From contig BCIN01000007.1 of NCBI GenBank assembly GCA_039545335.1, positions 1,232,530-1,296,529 on the forward strand: 64,000 nt of DNA. The letters are read 5' to 3'. The notes beneath the pieces are model-generated. The model made no database searches. It saw nothing but the letters and a program-made list of their open reading frames with translations, and had not been told where the DNA came from. Origin of the DNA: Kondoa subrosea. Its lineage: Eukaryota. Numbering within the stretch: position 1 is the stretch's first letter; each line of letters starts with the position of its first letter. Position numbers and translations under genes: made by a program. Shown piece after piece: positions 1 to 13,510 of this stretch.

Positions 1-526
1 ACGTAAAGTGACCCAACATAGCTTGATGTGAAAGCCGCACAAGATGCGATCGCTAGTGGACGAGAAAGAGATTGTGTAATTGGTAGCAGCTCAATATTCA
101 TGCTGCAATGCTGACAAGGTGCACGGACACAGTGACACAGGATGGGTTTGACAAAAGAGTCAAGCGGACACAAAAGAAAGCAGGGCTCGTCGCGTCCCAG
201 ATAGACACAGCAGGTACTAGCAAGGTCACTTGAACAAGGCGATCTATGTAGATTGGGTATCGATTGTCGGACACTTGTAAAGATTCATGTTTTCCGAAAT
301 TTGCATTCTCGACCCTGCACCCTCAACCAAACACTCTACTGCTCTTCTGACAGCTCGATTACGTGTCTAATAAGTCTCCTGTGGCATTAGACTATCGCCG
401 CATCATTAGAAGCAGCTCGAGCCCATTCTACGTTTCTCAATCTGTAACGACCTTTGAACGTTTTCTCTTGGAATTGCTTGTATACCTGTTAGAATAAGCT
501 GGCCTTACTCTGCAAATTGAAAGCAA

Positions 527-3500
527 ATGAGTGGACATCGCCAAAGAAGAAGCTACCCGTCCCAGGATGGCTTGGATGAAATATCTGGTCAGGCACCTTT
601 AGTAGGCAACAAGGCCAAGGCAGCAACGGGCGGTAGAGCAGGGGACAACTCCTACAGCGCGATCTTTGATTCCTACTCTGCGACTGGCCCAAATAAAGCA
701 ACAGCAGGGGCTAACTCTTCAGCGCTTCCACCTCGAACTACTTCAAATGCTCCGAAACCCTACGGCGGTTCACCTCAACTAGGTTCTCCAACACCTTATG
801 CTGAATCTGGTTTGTTATCACCTAAACTCAATTCATCACCTCGAATGGGAATAGGTGCATCAAATACTTCAAACCCTTATTGGGCTTCCCCAAATTCACC
901 ACAGCAAAGACAAGCCAATGCTTCGGGAGTAGGATTCTTGGAAACAATGCCGTCAAACGATTCTTTTGATGATCTAACAAACGAACATTCTTATGGTCAA
1001 ACCAAGAAACCTCATCCTTGGCAACATCAATCTAGACAATCTTTGACACCTTCAATGTCTGCTTCAAATGTTGGTCAGACTGATGCGAATGGAGAGAAAG
1101 ATTGGAAAACCCTGCAAGCTGCGAACGAGAAGTTGCTTTCGTCGAAGGAAAGATATGATGGACAGTTGCATCCTAGTATTCTGAAGAATCTAGGTCCGGA
1201 AGAGGATGATGACATGCAGTCAGTAGAGACCATACATCGTGATCACTATAAGTCTTGATACGCTTGATCTGTTGACAGCGATCCTGGACCATCTTTACCT
1301 AGAAAAGGCGCCGATCGATTGATTGTGGATACTAAGAAGATAGCTCAAGCATCCGGTTTCTCTACTCGAGGGTTTTGGAACGTCCTTGGTGTCGCTTTTC
1401 TCGCTTTGACTCTACTTTTCCTTTTCGCTGGTTTACCTTTATTGGATTGGGCAACAACCCATTCTTTAGGAATCACTTCCAACAAACAATTTGGATCTAC
1501 TTCAACTAACTCTACTGGTCAAAGAGGTGTGATTGATGGATCTAGCGGAATGATCGACAGCGATACTCCTAAAGGCGCTTATTCCAATAAAGATATTGAT
1601 GGGAATGATATGGTCTTGGTGTTCAGTGACGAGTTCAACTTAGATGGGCGATCATTCTAGTACGTCGCCAGTCTCGTTCTCGACTGAAGAAAGCTGACGA
1701 ATAGCAATAGTCCGGGAGATGATCCATTTTGGGAAGCTATGGATTTCTACTATCATGTCACTAACGATCTGGAAAGTGAGCGACATGCCACACTTGCTTT
1801 GTTACCGTGCTAATTGCCTCGAAAGTGTACAACCCTGATCAAGCCACAACGCAAGGCGGAAATCTCGTGCTGCAGATGAATAGAACCGATCCAGATCTGA
1901 ATGGTAATTTGAACTTCCGTTCGGGCATGCTTCAAAGTTGGAACAAGTTTTGCTTCACTGGCGGAAAGAGTGCGCTTTCTGACGTCCCCAGCGAATCGGG
2001 CTTGATTTCTAATGACCTTTGTGCAGTTGAGGCCAATGTCTCTTTACCTGGTACTTTCGATATTCCTGGGTTCTGGCCTGCTTTGTGGACTATGGGGAAC
2101 CTTGGTAGAGCTGGTTATGCTGCTTCGACAGATGGAACAGTACGTCTGTCTTTCTGCATTCTGTACGTGTAAAGCTAATTTCTTGTCAGTGGCCATACAG
2201 CTACGATAGCTGTGACTGGGGTGAGAAGTTTGAGCAGGAAGAGAGGCATGTTTTTGAAGTGTTGTTTTCGCAGGCGCATTGGCAAATCAAACGGATCCCC
2301 ACGACAACACGTTACCGCTTGCAGCGCACGTGAACGGAGATCCAGTCAATCAAGGCGAATTGTCTTTCTTACCTGGTCAAAAGCTTTCTGCTTGCACGTG
2401 TCCTGGTGAAGAGTCAGTTCAAACGTTCTCGTGTGCTTAAGCTTCGGCTTATGGTGTTCTCGTTCCTGACAGTCATCCTGGTCCGATCGTGAATGGTCGA
2501 TTCAAAGGCAGAGCTGCGCCTGAAATTGATGCAGTGAGTTCTTTTATCTCTCAAAATGGGCTCATACTTAATGTTTTGTAAACAGCTGGAAGCTATGACC
2601 CATCGCGTGACTGGAGGAGAGTCGTCACAAAGGTCGGTCCTCGAGTGACGAGATCGTGCATTCACTTATCAAGGCCTTGTTTACATAGTTTGCAAGTTGC
2701 ACCTTTCGATGCAGCTTATACTGTAAGACCCCGAGTACTGATTGAGAAGCCTGGCGCTCATGTATCATACTAGATCGACAACATTACCAGTGGATATACT
2801 CAATTCTACCAAGAGTCCGGATTTCAAACTGTACTCAATCCGTACCAAGGCGCTGTTTATCAGCAAGCTGTCTCTGGTCTTTCTCGCGTGCCCAACACTG
2901 CCTTCGATGGCGGATGGATGACTGTTGGTTTCGAGTGTAAGTAATTTTTCTCCATATAAAAAAGGGTTGCGCTGAGAAGTTTATAGACACGCCTTCCGAC
3001 CAAGGCGATGGTCAGATCACTTGGTACATGGACGGCAAGCCAACATGGACCGTCAGAGAAGGAGCTGTCGGACCCAACGCGGCGGTCAACATTTCTCAGC
3101 GGTAAGTGAATGATCTATCTGGCAACTCTGATTGCTTATGATTGATTCAGATTGATACCTAACGAGCCTATGTACATCATTATGAATTTTGGAATGTCAC
3201 CAGGCTTCGGTGGTAAGTCAAGAGCCTCTTGAGTTATAGCTCCGTCAGCTCACTTGCCTGCTTAGAGGTCGACCTAGCCAACTTGGTATGTCTCTATCGC
3301 TCACGAGAGGCTCATGTCTGATTCTCAATCCGCTCAGCCGTTTCCTTCGGAGTCAGTAGAATCGATCTTTTGAGGGTTTTTGGCTGATTCCTAGCTTGAT
3401 AGATACAAGATTGATTACGTGCGAGTGTGGCAGAAAGACAGTCAGGTCGATTATGGTTGCGACGGGGCTAAACAGGGCTATCGTATGTCAAGAGCCTCTT

Positions 3501-3706
3501 CGGTAGCAATTCCGTTGGCTCATAGCTATGCTTCTTTACTGCTACAGCTACATCGGACTATATTCAGGACCATCTTGAAGGTGCCAATCTTGTCCTGTGC
3601 CGCGATTTTCTCTAATTTTCTGAAAGCTTATATGAACAAAAACCGAACATTGTGGTCAGACTTAGGGTGGGAGAAGCCAAAGAACTCACTGCTAGGCCAG
3701 TGCTAG
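527..3706 (+). CDS. KRE6: Beta-1,6-glucan synthesis-associated GH16 protein (KRE6/SKN1 family), multi-exon
   Basis: Low-complexity N-terminus, then one TM helix (GFWNVLGVAFLALTLLFLFAGLPLL). Conserved motifs LVFSDEFN, SGMLQSWNKFCFTGG and GFWPALWTMGNLGRAGY. The spliced catalytic motif GRAAPEIDALE lies at ~2507-2590. C-terminus WEKPKNSLLGQC*. Confidence 0.93.
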
Positions 3707-3860
3707 AAGATCGTAGCCTGGCCCCTCGATACCCTTGCATTTGCAGTAACGCATAAAAATTGGCATTATATCCTAAACAGGGACATTCATAGCAGCTCGT
3801 TAACTGTTTCTCGCATTGTAACAAGCACGTAGAGTTTATATAGATGCGCTATGTTGCCTC

Positions 3861-6120
3861 CTATGCTTCATCTGACAATGACATCTCGAGCTGGCAACGT
3901 ACATCAGCGTGTCTCTTTCGATGGAAACCCATAAACTCACTAATGCGTCTACTGCCTGTTCGAGATTGTTCTGTTGCGATATGAGTACGACTTCTCGGAC
4001 TTCGCTGTCTATTGAGGGGAACTGCGATAGCCCTTGAGCGACTGAAAGCAATCTGCAAAAAGTGTCTCACCATCTGTTGCAATGTATTCAGATGCGCCAT
4101 TCGCTCGTTCTCTGCCTGTCGATCAATCTGTTGCTGTATAGCGCCAGCGCTGACTTCTTCCGCTACATAATCGGACGACGCTTCTCTACTCGAACCAGAA
4201 TAACCTCTTCTTCTTTCATGTATCGGTGAAGTAGGACCAGCTACTTGCTGACTTTGTTCGTTTCCATTCAATTCACCAATGATTTTTCCTATGGCGTTCA
4301 ATGGTTTCGATAGATTCCGCTGAGCTAATTCTGAAGATCGTTGCAGAAAGGCTCTTGTGGCAGCTGTTGGATCCACGATCGTGCTATTATTCATATCTGG
4401 TGCATCTCGATCACCTGCTTCATCTGCTGGTTCAGTTGTAATCGATGGCTGTGAAGGTCGTTTCTTTTTTCGTGATGATTTTCGTTGAGGTGGTTCAGGT
4501 TGCATGTTGATGATGGCTTGTTCCAGTTCGCTACAGTAATGATGTATCAGTTTGGATACGACAAGGAGTTACAATGACTTACTGCTCGAAATCGTCTTGA
4601 GTGATGTTCGATAACGCCGAATGATCTAATGACTCAATGAAGGTGATAGCCCCATTCTGTACAAATTTGCTCAATCTTCATGGCCTAGCCAAGATCAGAG
4701 CCAGCCAAACGTACCAGACTTGATAAATAATAACCAGCTTCGCCTTGTAGCCTCTCTGGATTTCTGAACCGCTGTATGTACTGGATATTGGAGACTAGAT
4801 GTTCTGGGTTCGCCTTGAGTATGATGAAGATGAGAAATGGAATGAAAGTGTCTCTATTTCCAGAATTCAGTAGCGGTCAACCAGGCGAAGCTGAGAGACA
4901 CGCACGCTCCTTCATCCCCTGCTAGATGACGAATCATGCCAAAGATAACTTTACAGCAATTCAAGATAGTAATCAATTTATCTCTTGGTGCTTTGTATTG
5001 GTTGATTTTGAGTAATTCCCTTTGCGCGAACTCCATATAATCCGCTGTATTCATCGATGCACTGCTTGAAGGTCTAGAAGGAGGAGTGATAGTGCCAGAC
5101 GTGGAAGTAGAAGCTTCTGGGAATGTTTCCTGGCTAGGTTTAGGCGAAGAAGGGAGATCCAAGTGTTCTTCTTTGATCCAGGAAAACATTTTTATGCGTT
5201 GTGAAAGAACATGATCCCGTTCTAGGTCGTCGGTTGGATTGTTTGCCGAAGAAGAAGCTTCGAGAGCGGGAGTGAAGGTTCTGTCAAGCTCTTTAGACGG
5301 ATTCATTCCGACTCGAATACAGCTTACAGATGATATAGCCTGTTCATCACAAGCTTCTCCATGCCTTCTATCGCATTATCGAATTCCTTGTCCGTAGCTT
5401 TTCTCCAGATCTCGTTCGTTCGCATTTTTTCCGCAATAAACTATACAAGACATTAGTACTGGCTGAACATAGGCGAAAGGATGACGAACATCAAGAAAGT
5501 CGTTAATCACTCGCACTTGATCATTCGGGGACCACTCTCGTCGCGTGAACTCTTTCAAGAAACTGAAAGCATTTCATTAGCACGATGTACCACAATTCGA
5601 GACCGAGTACAAAGGACCTTCTCAGATATTTCGCGATAGGTTCAGCGCTTCTCGATCTCATTTGTTCCAAGAACCTGTTGAAGTCAAAAGGCGGGCCATC
5701 ATCCATATTCTGAGGTGATGATGTTTGTTTCGGTATGCTGGCTCTTTCAGGTTCATTAGGCGGAGTAGAAGTAGAAGCTGTTCTTCGAAAGAGGGCAGGA
5801 ATAGCAGCAAAGGATAAACCAGTAGAAGGCTGAGTATCTGCTTTCAGCACAGGTGTAGGTTGTAGAGGAGCGGCATTGCTCAATGAAGGAGCTTGAGCAG
5901 AAGAAGGGGAAGGAACAACAGGAGAATAAGGATCTAGATCATGCAGGCTGGCTTGCTGCTTGACCGGAGAGCCGGTACTTGGAGCTGTAGACCTGATTGA
6001 GTTCGTGTCTTCCAGCGACGTCGACAACTCTTGCTTGGATTCCTCTGTTGTAGCTGTAGCTTCAGGCGTAGTAACAGGAGACTCGGTCCAAGGATTGGTT
6101 TCTACTGCCAGACTGCTCAT
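3861..6120 (-). CDS. VPS9: Rab5 GEF Vps9 (VPS9 domain plus C-terminal CUE domain), multi-exon
   Basis: Motifs [47 protein letters not shown] and [19 protein letters not shown]-like [13 protein letters not shown] near the end. Confidence 0.92.
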
Positions 6121-6174
6121 CCGCCTTTGTCTCGTCGCTCGTGGTCAAACATTATTGCTTGGATTTTGGAATCA

Positions 6175-7683
6175 ATGTCTGCCTCTCAGTCAGCTCTCTT
6201 TTGGTTTGCGGTAGCGGCAGAACTGATGAGGATGCTGCTCTTAAGTAATCTGACGAAATGGACCAGGCAGGTATTGAAGGTAGGCTTCAGTCTGACAATT
6301 TGGAGTCAATACACTGAAGGCGAATGTATGGGTTTAGCGGTACCGCAAGGCTACTCCTTCTCTTTCTGTGCATCTCTTCGAGACCTACTTCCGCTTCGAG
6401 CAGCAGGTAAGTGTATTTGATTTCGAAGGCAAGCTATTGTGCTCAAGTCAAGCGCTCTCCAGAATGGTGTTTTCCTCTTCGAAAGTCCTATGCGATGCTT
6501 CTTTGAGTATATACGAGAACAGCGGCTGCCTTCAGATCTTCTAGGCATCTTTGATGCCGCTGGAATTAAGTTCTACGAAGGTGTCTTTGGCTCCGAATTG
6601 CGCCTGTCGGACACTTCTAACGCCATGTTAACAGGATGCCTCATTGTCCAAGTTCACGATCATCGCAATCTACCAGAAAACAAGAACAGTTGCAAACAAC
6701 CTACTATTCCTCGACCGAACAACACTTGGGGTATAGCTACCCTCCAACGGAACTCAACCAACGCAATAATGAATACCTCGTCTTCTTCTGAACACCCAGA
6801 GATCTACAGAATTGTTTTAGGTCCATCTGTAGAAACTCTTTGGTCAGATCTGAATCAAACTTGGGATCTGACGGAACAAGAAGCTACAGAAGTAGAAGCA
6901 AGAATATTAGGTTTGACGATACCTAGTCTATGTTTGGACCCTAGCTTTGAAGTGACTGCGATTGCGAATCATGCATTGAGGACAACGAGCTTGTCTTGTC
7001 CTGAAGCTGGAAGAGGTGAAGGTGTAGCGAATGGTCGGAAGAGGAGAGCGCAGAATACTGTTAGTGAAGAAGAAGAGCAAAGATTGGCTAAGAGAGAAAG
7101 ATTGATGCGATCGATGGATGAAACCCTTGATCGACCTTTCGTCCCAACGTACATTATAATCTGCTTTTGATAATGATTTACTCATTCTTATTCCATCAGA
7201 TTCGCTCGACTTGGCTTTGTTGAACAATTCCGTGAAGAACAGGATCGGAAGAAGGCAGACAAATCGAGCAGCTCAAAGGCTAATCCAGTTCCAACAGCTA
7301 AAGTAGCGCCTACTCCAGCTACTAGCAACCGACCTCAACATCCTCTTGCTCAATCTCATTTACCTTCTGCAACATCAACAGCTGCCTTACCGAAACGAAA
7401 ACCTAAACCTGCAGCAGCTTCTCGAGCAGGTTCAATCGAAGCAGGTTCACCACCTGCTTCCTCTTCTGCGACAGCAGTCAAGAAGAAAGCTTCTGCACCT
7501 ACAAGTGCAGCTACCAGAGGTGCTAAAGCGGGTAGAGGCAGAGGTGGTGCGAGAGTCAAGAATATGCCTCCAAAACCTGTTGCGAATCATGCTGCAATAC
7601 CTCAAGGGGTTGCCCCTACCTTGGCAGATCTTCCGCCAGTACCCGCTGGACAGCCTGGATATGCTCTTCCGCCATCATGGTAG
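6175..7683 (+). CDS. SPT20: SAGA complex subunit Spt20-like protein, multi-exon
   Basis: Spliced N-terminus reads MSASHNLTKWTRQVLKRYRKATPSLSVHLFETYFRFEQQNGVFLFESPMRCFFEYIREQRLPSDLL...FYEGCLIVQVHDHR. Also YRIVLGPSVETLWSDL and EVEARIL..PSLCLDPS, typical of the Spt20 SEP domain. Confidence 0.85.
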
Positions 7684-7877
7684 AAAGGACTATGGCGGTT
7701 TCCCATTGTTTGGCTTCATCTTGGCGGAGTATATATCTGGAGACGTGCAGAGCTCGTGTACTTGTACATTATGTAATACTTCAACGCGATTGCTGTATTT
7801 TTTCGATAATCTCTCGGATTCTCTGAATCAAAACAACGACTGAAATCTCGTGGAAGACAAAGCATGCCTATCGCGTA

Positions 7878-10042
7878 ATGGACAGCTCTGATTCCGAAGC
7901 ACCGACTTATCTGCATCGCGGCCTCTCAGCTTCACCACCTTCCTTTCGAAAAATAGGCAATCAATCCACACCTCGTTCTAGAAGACGCCCGTCGAGCAAA
8001 TCAGGCTCACCTGAGCAGCCTATACGACGCGCATTCTCACTCAAGACCAGCGATACCGAGTCTTTGGACGAAGACGAGACCGAAAACCCTCGTTTGACTA
8101 GAATTGCTTTGAATCGCTTGCACCCCAATCATTCGACAGTAGAACAGTCAGCGAGACCTCTCAAGAGTGGTCGCAAGTCTGGAAGTCAGCGGGCTCCAAC
8201 GCCGTCAACTGCTTCAAGCACTTTGGTTGACCATGAATATGTACTAGAAGCCAATCTCAAAGACTCCCTATACAGCAAACAAACTCAGCTAGCTACTGTA
8301 CCTGAATCCAACTCTGCCTCAGTCGAATATCTTCGCCATTCTCTCTCGGCAGCAGACTATATCTCTTCGACGCCGCCTGCCCAACTATCTTTGCCTGAAG
8401 CTCCGTCCGAATCTAACATGTCTATAACTACTAATACTGTAACAGCAACACCAGCACAGTTTCGCAATTCTAGAAAGGTGCGGGTTCACGAAGCGTTTGA
8501 CCGAGCACTGCAGCCTACTCCTTCACAGCTTTTGCCTCAACAGAAACAACAAGTCCACTCAGAAGTAGAAATAGTAGAACCGGAAGACCGACCGTCTCCC
8601 TCTTCATCAAAATATAGGCTGTCTCCACGATTTGCTCAAGCAGAATGGCGGTCTAATCATACAAGACAAGATTCCCTTGGATCCTCTTCTTCCTTTCGAC
8701 GAGCTGCTCAAATATCAACCACAGCCAATGAGTACCACGCAGATTCCGAACCACCTTCTCCACAGCATTCTTCACCACCTTCCAACGCTTCTAGAACAGA
8801 ACATTTCCGACCTTTAGCTATTTCTCAAAGAACTCCTTCCAGATCTTTTGCTGCGACCTACAAAAACTTTGAATCTCATAACAATAATACTAACAGCAAT
8901 GCAACACCCAATACACCTGCTTTACCTGGTCATTATAGACAAACAGGGGAAACGCCTGCTTTTGCTTTAAGGAGGGAAAGGTTCACTTCGGGTCAAAGAA
9001 GGGAATGGACTACGACTGCTTCTATTGATCGAACAAGACATGTACATCAGGAGGAAGAAGAGGAAAAGGAGGATGTGTTGAGCTTGTCACTAGAGAAAGT
9101 GAGGGTCCAGGAATTAATTCAACTTGAGCAAGAGGATGAACCGAAAGAAGAGGAAGAAGAGGAAGAAGAGAGTAGGCCTCAATATGTTAGCAGAAGAACG
9201 TCGCTTTTGGATGTAAGGACACAATTACCTTTACCTCCGCCTCCAGAATCGATAGATCGGAAACCTAGGTGCGTCTGTGGGGGGATGTGATCAACATATG
9301 CTGATTCGAATTCGTTCTCGAGGTACAGCCTGAAGAAACGCTTATCGAGCAAGAAATCTTCAACAGAGGCAGAACGAATAGCACTGGAACAAGAAGCTCA
9401 CGAATTGCAACGGCAAGGCGTTTTGAGTGAAGAGATGTCAAACACTTTGTTGCAAGCTATAGGCGAAGCTCAGAAACTGGATCATTCTCTCAAAGAGAGG
9501 GCTATGGAAGTACAGAGGACTGTTGAGGAGATTGGTGCGAGAGTAGGAGCGAGGGTGCGTTGCAGGATCTGGAAGTCAGGCATGGCTGATTTCTGGGAGT
9601 TGGTGACGCACAGATCAGTGAAGCGGTCGATACTACGCTTCAAGTCGAGTCCAAACGGCGGCATCGGTGGGTTCTATGGGCTGTATGCGCTGAAGTCGCT
9701 TTCGTTTGTCTGCTGTACAAGTGAGTTCAAGCACTTGAACACGTGGCTCTATGTTGAATGATAGAAATTTACCACAGAATCGCTTCTGCCCACGCAAGAC
9801 ACGAATATCAAACGAGCTATTACGACCCCTTCTATCCAGCTATTCACTCATTTGGATCTTATAAAACGCCACATACTTTCGCTTTGCCGTCAGAAACAAC
9901 TTCTTCAGCTTGGAACCTTTTACAAAGTAATATCGCCAGTAATTCTTGGCAAGACCTGATACGGCAGTCTTTCGATTTGCTTGTGCATAGATGGACGGCT
10001 TTGCTTGGGGACGCAGATCAAGTTTGGCAAGTACCAACGTAA
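7878..10042 (+). CDS. Hypothetical protein: long Ser/Pro-rich disordered region, coiled coil, one C-terminal TM segment, ends ...QVWQVPT
   Basis: 470-aa first-exon ORF followed by exons bounded by GT..AG introns. Hydrophobic WVLWAVCAEVAFVCC segment at ~9667-9720. Terminal exon contains YYDPFYPAI. Confidence 0.7.
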
Positions 10043-10292
10043 TTTATTTTGTAGGAGTAATGTTTTCAGTCTTTCAATTCAGTTAGGGGTTGTTGTACTA
10101 CTTTGTAACATGTGTATAGCCTTGGAAGTATAGAAGCTGGTCTTATCGAAATTAGGGATTGTTCTTCACTTTGATCACCTACGACGGACTTGCAAGCTGC
10201 TGTTCTCGCAAACCTCTGACACTGGCCCTACGACTCTTGTATACCTAACCTCAGATACATACCTGCCTTGCTGGTCTCAGCCTTAGCCCAAA

Positions 10293-12491
10293 ATGTCGAG
10301 TAATTCAGCTAGAGTGGAGCCAAATGAAATTGGCTGGTGAGACTTGTGTCTATTTTAGCTTGTACATGGGTAGCTTATGCGATCTTGCCGTTGTGTAGGA
10401 TGTTTGTACCGTAAGTTGCTGCATGAATTTGCCTTCCAAAAGGCAATGACAGCAAGATTCTCAATACTGCACTTGCTCTGTACACAGGCAGTATTATACT
10501 TTCGTCAACAAGGAACCTCAGAAGCTGTAAGCTGGCTCTTGCATGCATTTGGATTGTACAGGAGATTGATGCGCATTCATTTGCTTCCCTTTTAGACATT
10601 GCTTCTACACCAAGAAGTCAACTTTGATTCACGGAACAGAAGGAGAAGACTGTCAGCCTCGGTATGGTCAACAGGTGGGTCAATTTGACGAGAAGAAAGG
10701 CAAAGAAAGACTGAATTGAGATGCGCAGGAAATCCACGATCGAATCGTTGCTTTAGGCTTTCAAGATTGCAGAGTCTACGTATCGAATGTGGATAGTCAA
10801 TCTTCAGCAGAAGGAGGAATCATCGTGCAAGTCTTAGGAGAAATCTCAAACAAGAATCAACCTTGGCGCAAGTTTGCTCAAACTTTCTTCTTAGCTGAAC
10901 AAACGAATGGATATTTCGTTTTGAACGATATCTTTCGCTATTTGAAAGAAGACGAACATGAAGATGAGGACTCAGCTACTTCAAGTTCATTACCGCCGAG
11001 CAGTAGTCATGTTCCAGATTACAATGGGGGGAGAAATGGCGGACTAGAATTGCAAGGTCTACAGAATGAAGAAACTTCATCGCATGCAAGCTTTGGTATG
11101 CCAGCAGCCGCGATGGCGCAGTATCCTTCTTCTACACCCTTTTCACCTCCAACCCTTCGAAATCCTTCTGTAGAAGCTTCTAGATCTTCGCAAGAGCAAT
11201 CCAAACCTGCTGAAGTCTCTATTAAAGCTCCTCAACCGCAAGCAAATGGTTATCATGAGCCCGAACCAACACCTTCGATTCCGATTGATGTTCTCAAAAC
11301 TGTTCCCCCACCTCCTGAATCTGTTGCGTCCGTTGAAGAGACTCAGCCCATCCCTTCACCGAAAGCGCCGGAACCAGTGAAGGAAGCTCCATTACCAGTG
11401 ACTAGCGAGGAGAAACCTGGACCACCGAAAGAACAAGTCGCCATGCCACTCCCTGCTGCGACCGAACAGCCTAAGGCCGAAGCATCAGCGCCGAAAGTCA
11501 CCAAGTCAAACTCGAAACAGGGTTCCACTACTAGCGAAAGCACTGCAACTTCTGTTGCTCAACCTTCCACTTCTGCTACACCTGTCGCATCGAGTAGTAC
11601 GGCAACGAGTACATCCTCAACACCAGCCCCGACTCCTGCTCCTGCGCCAGCACCAGGTATGTTATACTCTGATGTGTCTTTGGATAAGCTCATCTAGCGT
11701 TTTTAGTAGCCAAGACGTGGGCAAAATTAGCAGCAGCGAGTAGTAGCAAACCTGTACCGACCGCTTCATCTTCCTCATCTGCTTCTCGCTCACCGAACAC
11801 TCAATCCGCTTCCTTATCGCCAGCTAACAGCAAACCTGTCGCATACTCGCCAACCGCCCAACTAACCTCTCCTTACACTTTAAGCATGATTCCAACTATC
11901 AACACAAACAACTGCTTCGTCAAAGGAGTCACTTACCAAACAGACGAAAAAGAATTGAAATCGATTCTCACTTCGAAATTTGGTCAAATTGCTGCCATAG
12001 ATGTAGTGAAAGAAAAAGCCTGCGCTTTCTTGGAATTCAATTCTGTTGAAAGTGCAAGAAAAGCAATTGCTTACTGTTTACCTGTAACTAGTGGTGGACA
12101 TGGAGAAGTTTTGTTACCTAAATGTGGAAGTTCATTAATTATTGAACCAAAGAAAAAGGGAGGGAATCCACAAGGTACCTCTGGTGGAGAAAGAAGTAAT
12201 CCAGGTAGAGAATTTGGTGGAGCTGCTCCTAGAGGGAAAATGCAACAACATCAACATCAACAGCAACAAAGGAATGTTAGCAATAGCAATACTGCTCCTC
12301 CTCAAGTTCAGCATGTTGTTGAAGAAGAGAAAACTCAATCTACTAGTACTTCTACTCCTACTGCTGCTGTTGCTACCTCATCGACGGGGAATCAAGCTAA
12401 TGCAAACCAAATTCAACATAAGAAGAAAGCAAGTAAATCTAAAAGCGGAGGTGGTGGTGGTAATGCTCAGGGATCAAGTCAAAAGTCGTGA
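10293..12491 (+). CDS. G3BP/Bre5/Nxt3-like protein (NTF2 domain plus RRM), multi-exon
   Basis: Spliced NTF2 domain EIGWMFVP..YYTFVNKEPQKLHCFYTKKSTLIHG...DSQSSAEGGIIVQVLGEISNKNQPWRKFAQTFFLAEQTNGYFVLNDIFRYLKE. Pro-rich linker, PKTWA-type motif, RRM with KACAFLEF. Confidence 0.9.
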
Positions 12492-12538
12492 AATCAACAG
12501 AATATGATTGCAAGAAGCAAGAGTAGAAGAGTAGGGAA

Positions 12539-12556
12539 AGAGAGAGAGAGAGAGAG
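12539..12556. repeat. (AG)n microsatellite
   Basis: agagagagagagagagag run directly visible downstream of the G3BP-like stop codon. Confidence 0.9.
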
Positions 12557-12724
12557 TCAAGAGATAGAGAAGTTTAATGGTTTTCGGGCGAATTACTTGA
12601 ATCGGGGAATCGAGCGAACTTTCTACAGTATAACAGACTAAAATCTCAGAGGCCATGCAATGTATCTTATTGAATTTCTATCAATCCAATTAGCGACTCG
12701 CTTCACTTCGATACAACTCCATGA

Positions 12725-13381
12725 TTATTGCATGGTGTGAGTAGCTTGCGCTTTGTAGTTACGATGTAGCTGTGCGATCGGACATCCCATAAGCTTCCGA
12801 GATGCCGAAGGAAAACCAATAACGCACCTCTGGGTTGATCTCCACTACTTTCTGCAATAACTCCTGAATGACCTTCTCCTTGTTCTGACCGAATGAAGAT
12901 TTGAGTTCGTCTATCTGTTTCTGAGTGCTCTCGTCCAGTTCGGTTTGAAGGTTTGAGCTGTCTCCAGAGTGCTGTCGTGTTCAAACTCAGATGAGCGCTG
13001 TTACAGCACACATCGAATTCAGGACCGACCTCCTTCTCATTTGCGCTGAACTCTTCGTCTTTAGATTTCTTATAAGCTTCAATCTCCTTTGCTGCTTCTG
13101 ATCTCGCTTCCTTAACTCTAGCTGTTCGATCTGTTCGCAAGCACAAGTATCTCAGCTAGGTTGTAGCAGAGCGTAGTACTATGACGAACAATCACGAGCT
13201 TTCTGGACCTGCAGATGGAGGAAGGGAGATATGAGCTCGAAGCTCCTGAGTTGCATAAACGAGTAACGTACAATCTTCTGAGCTTCCTTCTCTGCGTCTA
13301 GCAGGGCTGTGATTCCTTGCGACTGTCACATGCAGCATGAGCGAGATGCTGCAGACATCAAAGAGAGATAGAGCTGACCAT
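12725..13381 (-). CDS. VMA10: V-type ATPase subunit G, multi-exon
   Basis: Spliced product MSQGITALLDAEKEAQKIVQKARDYRTARVKEARSEAAKEIEAYKKSKDEEF...VIQELLQKVVEINPELHRNY. The first coding exon is the ATG alone. Confidence 0.92.
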
Positions 13382-13510
13382 GGTCTGAGCTTGAGTTGGC
13401 TGTCAAGAGCAAGGCTTATCCTGTTACCAGATTTGCTGGATGACCAACGTGTATACCTTACCTTGAAAGGGAGATACCACAGACAGAGCTGAAGGCGCGC
13501 GAGACTCAAG

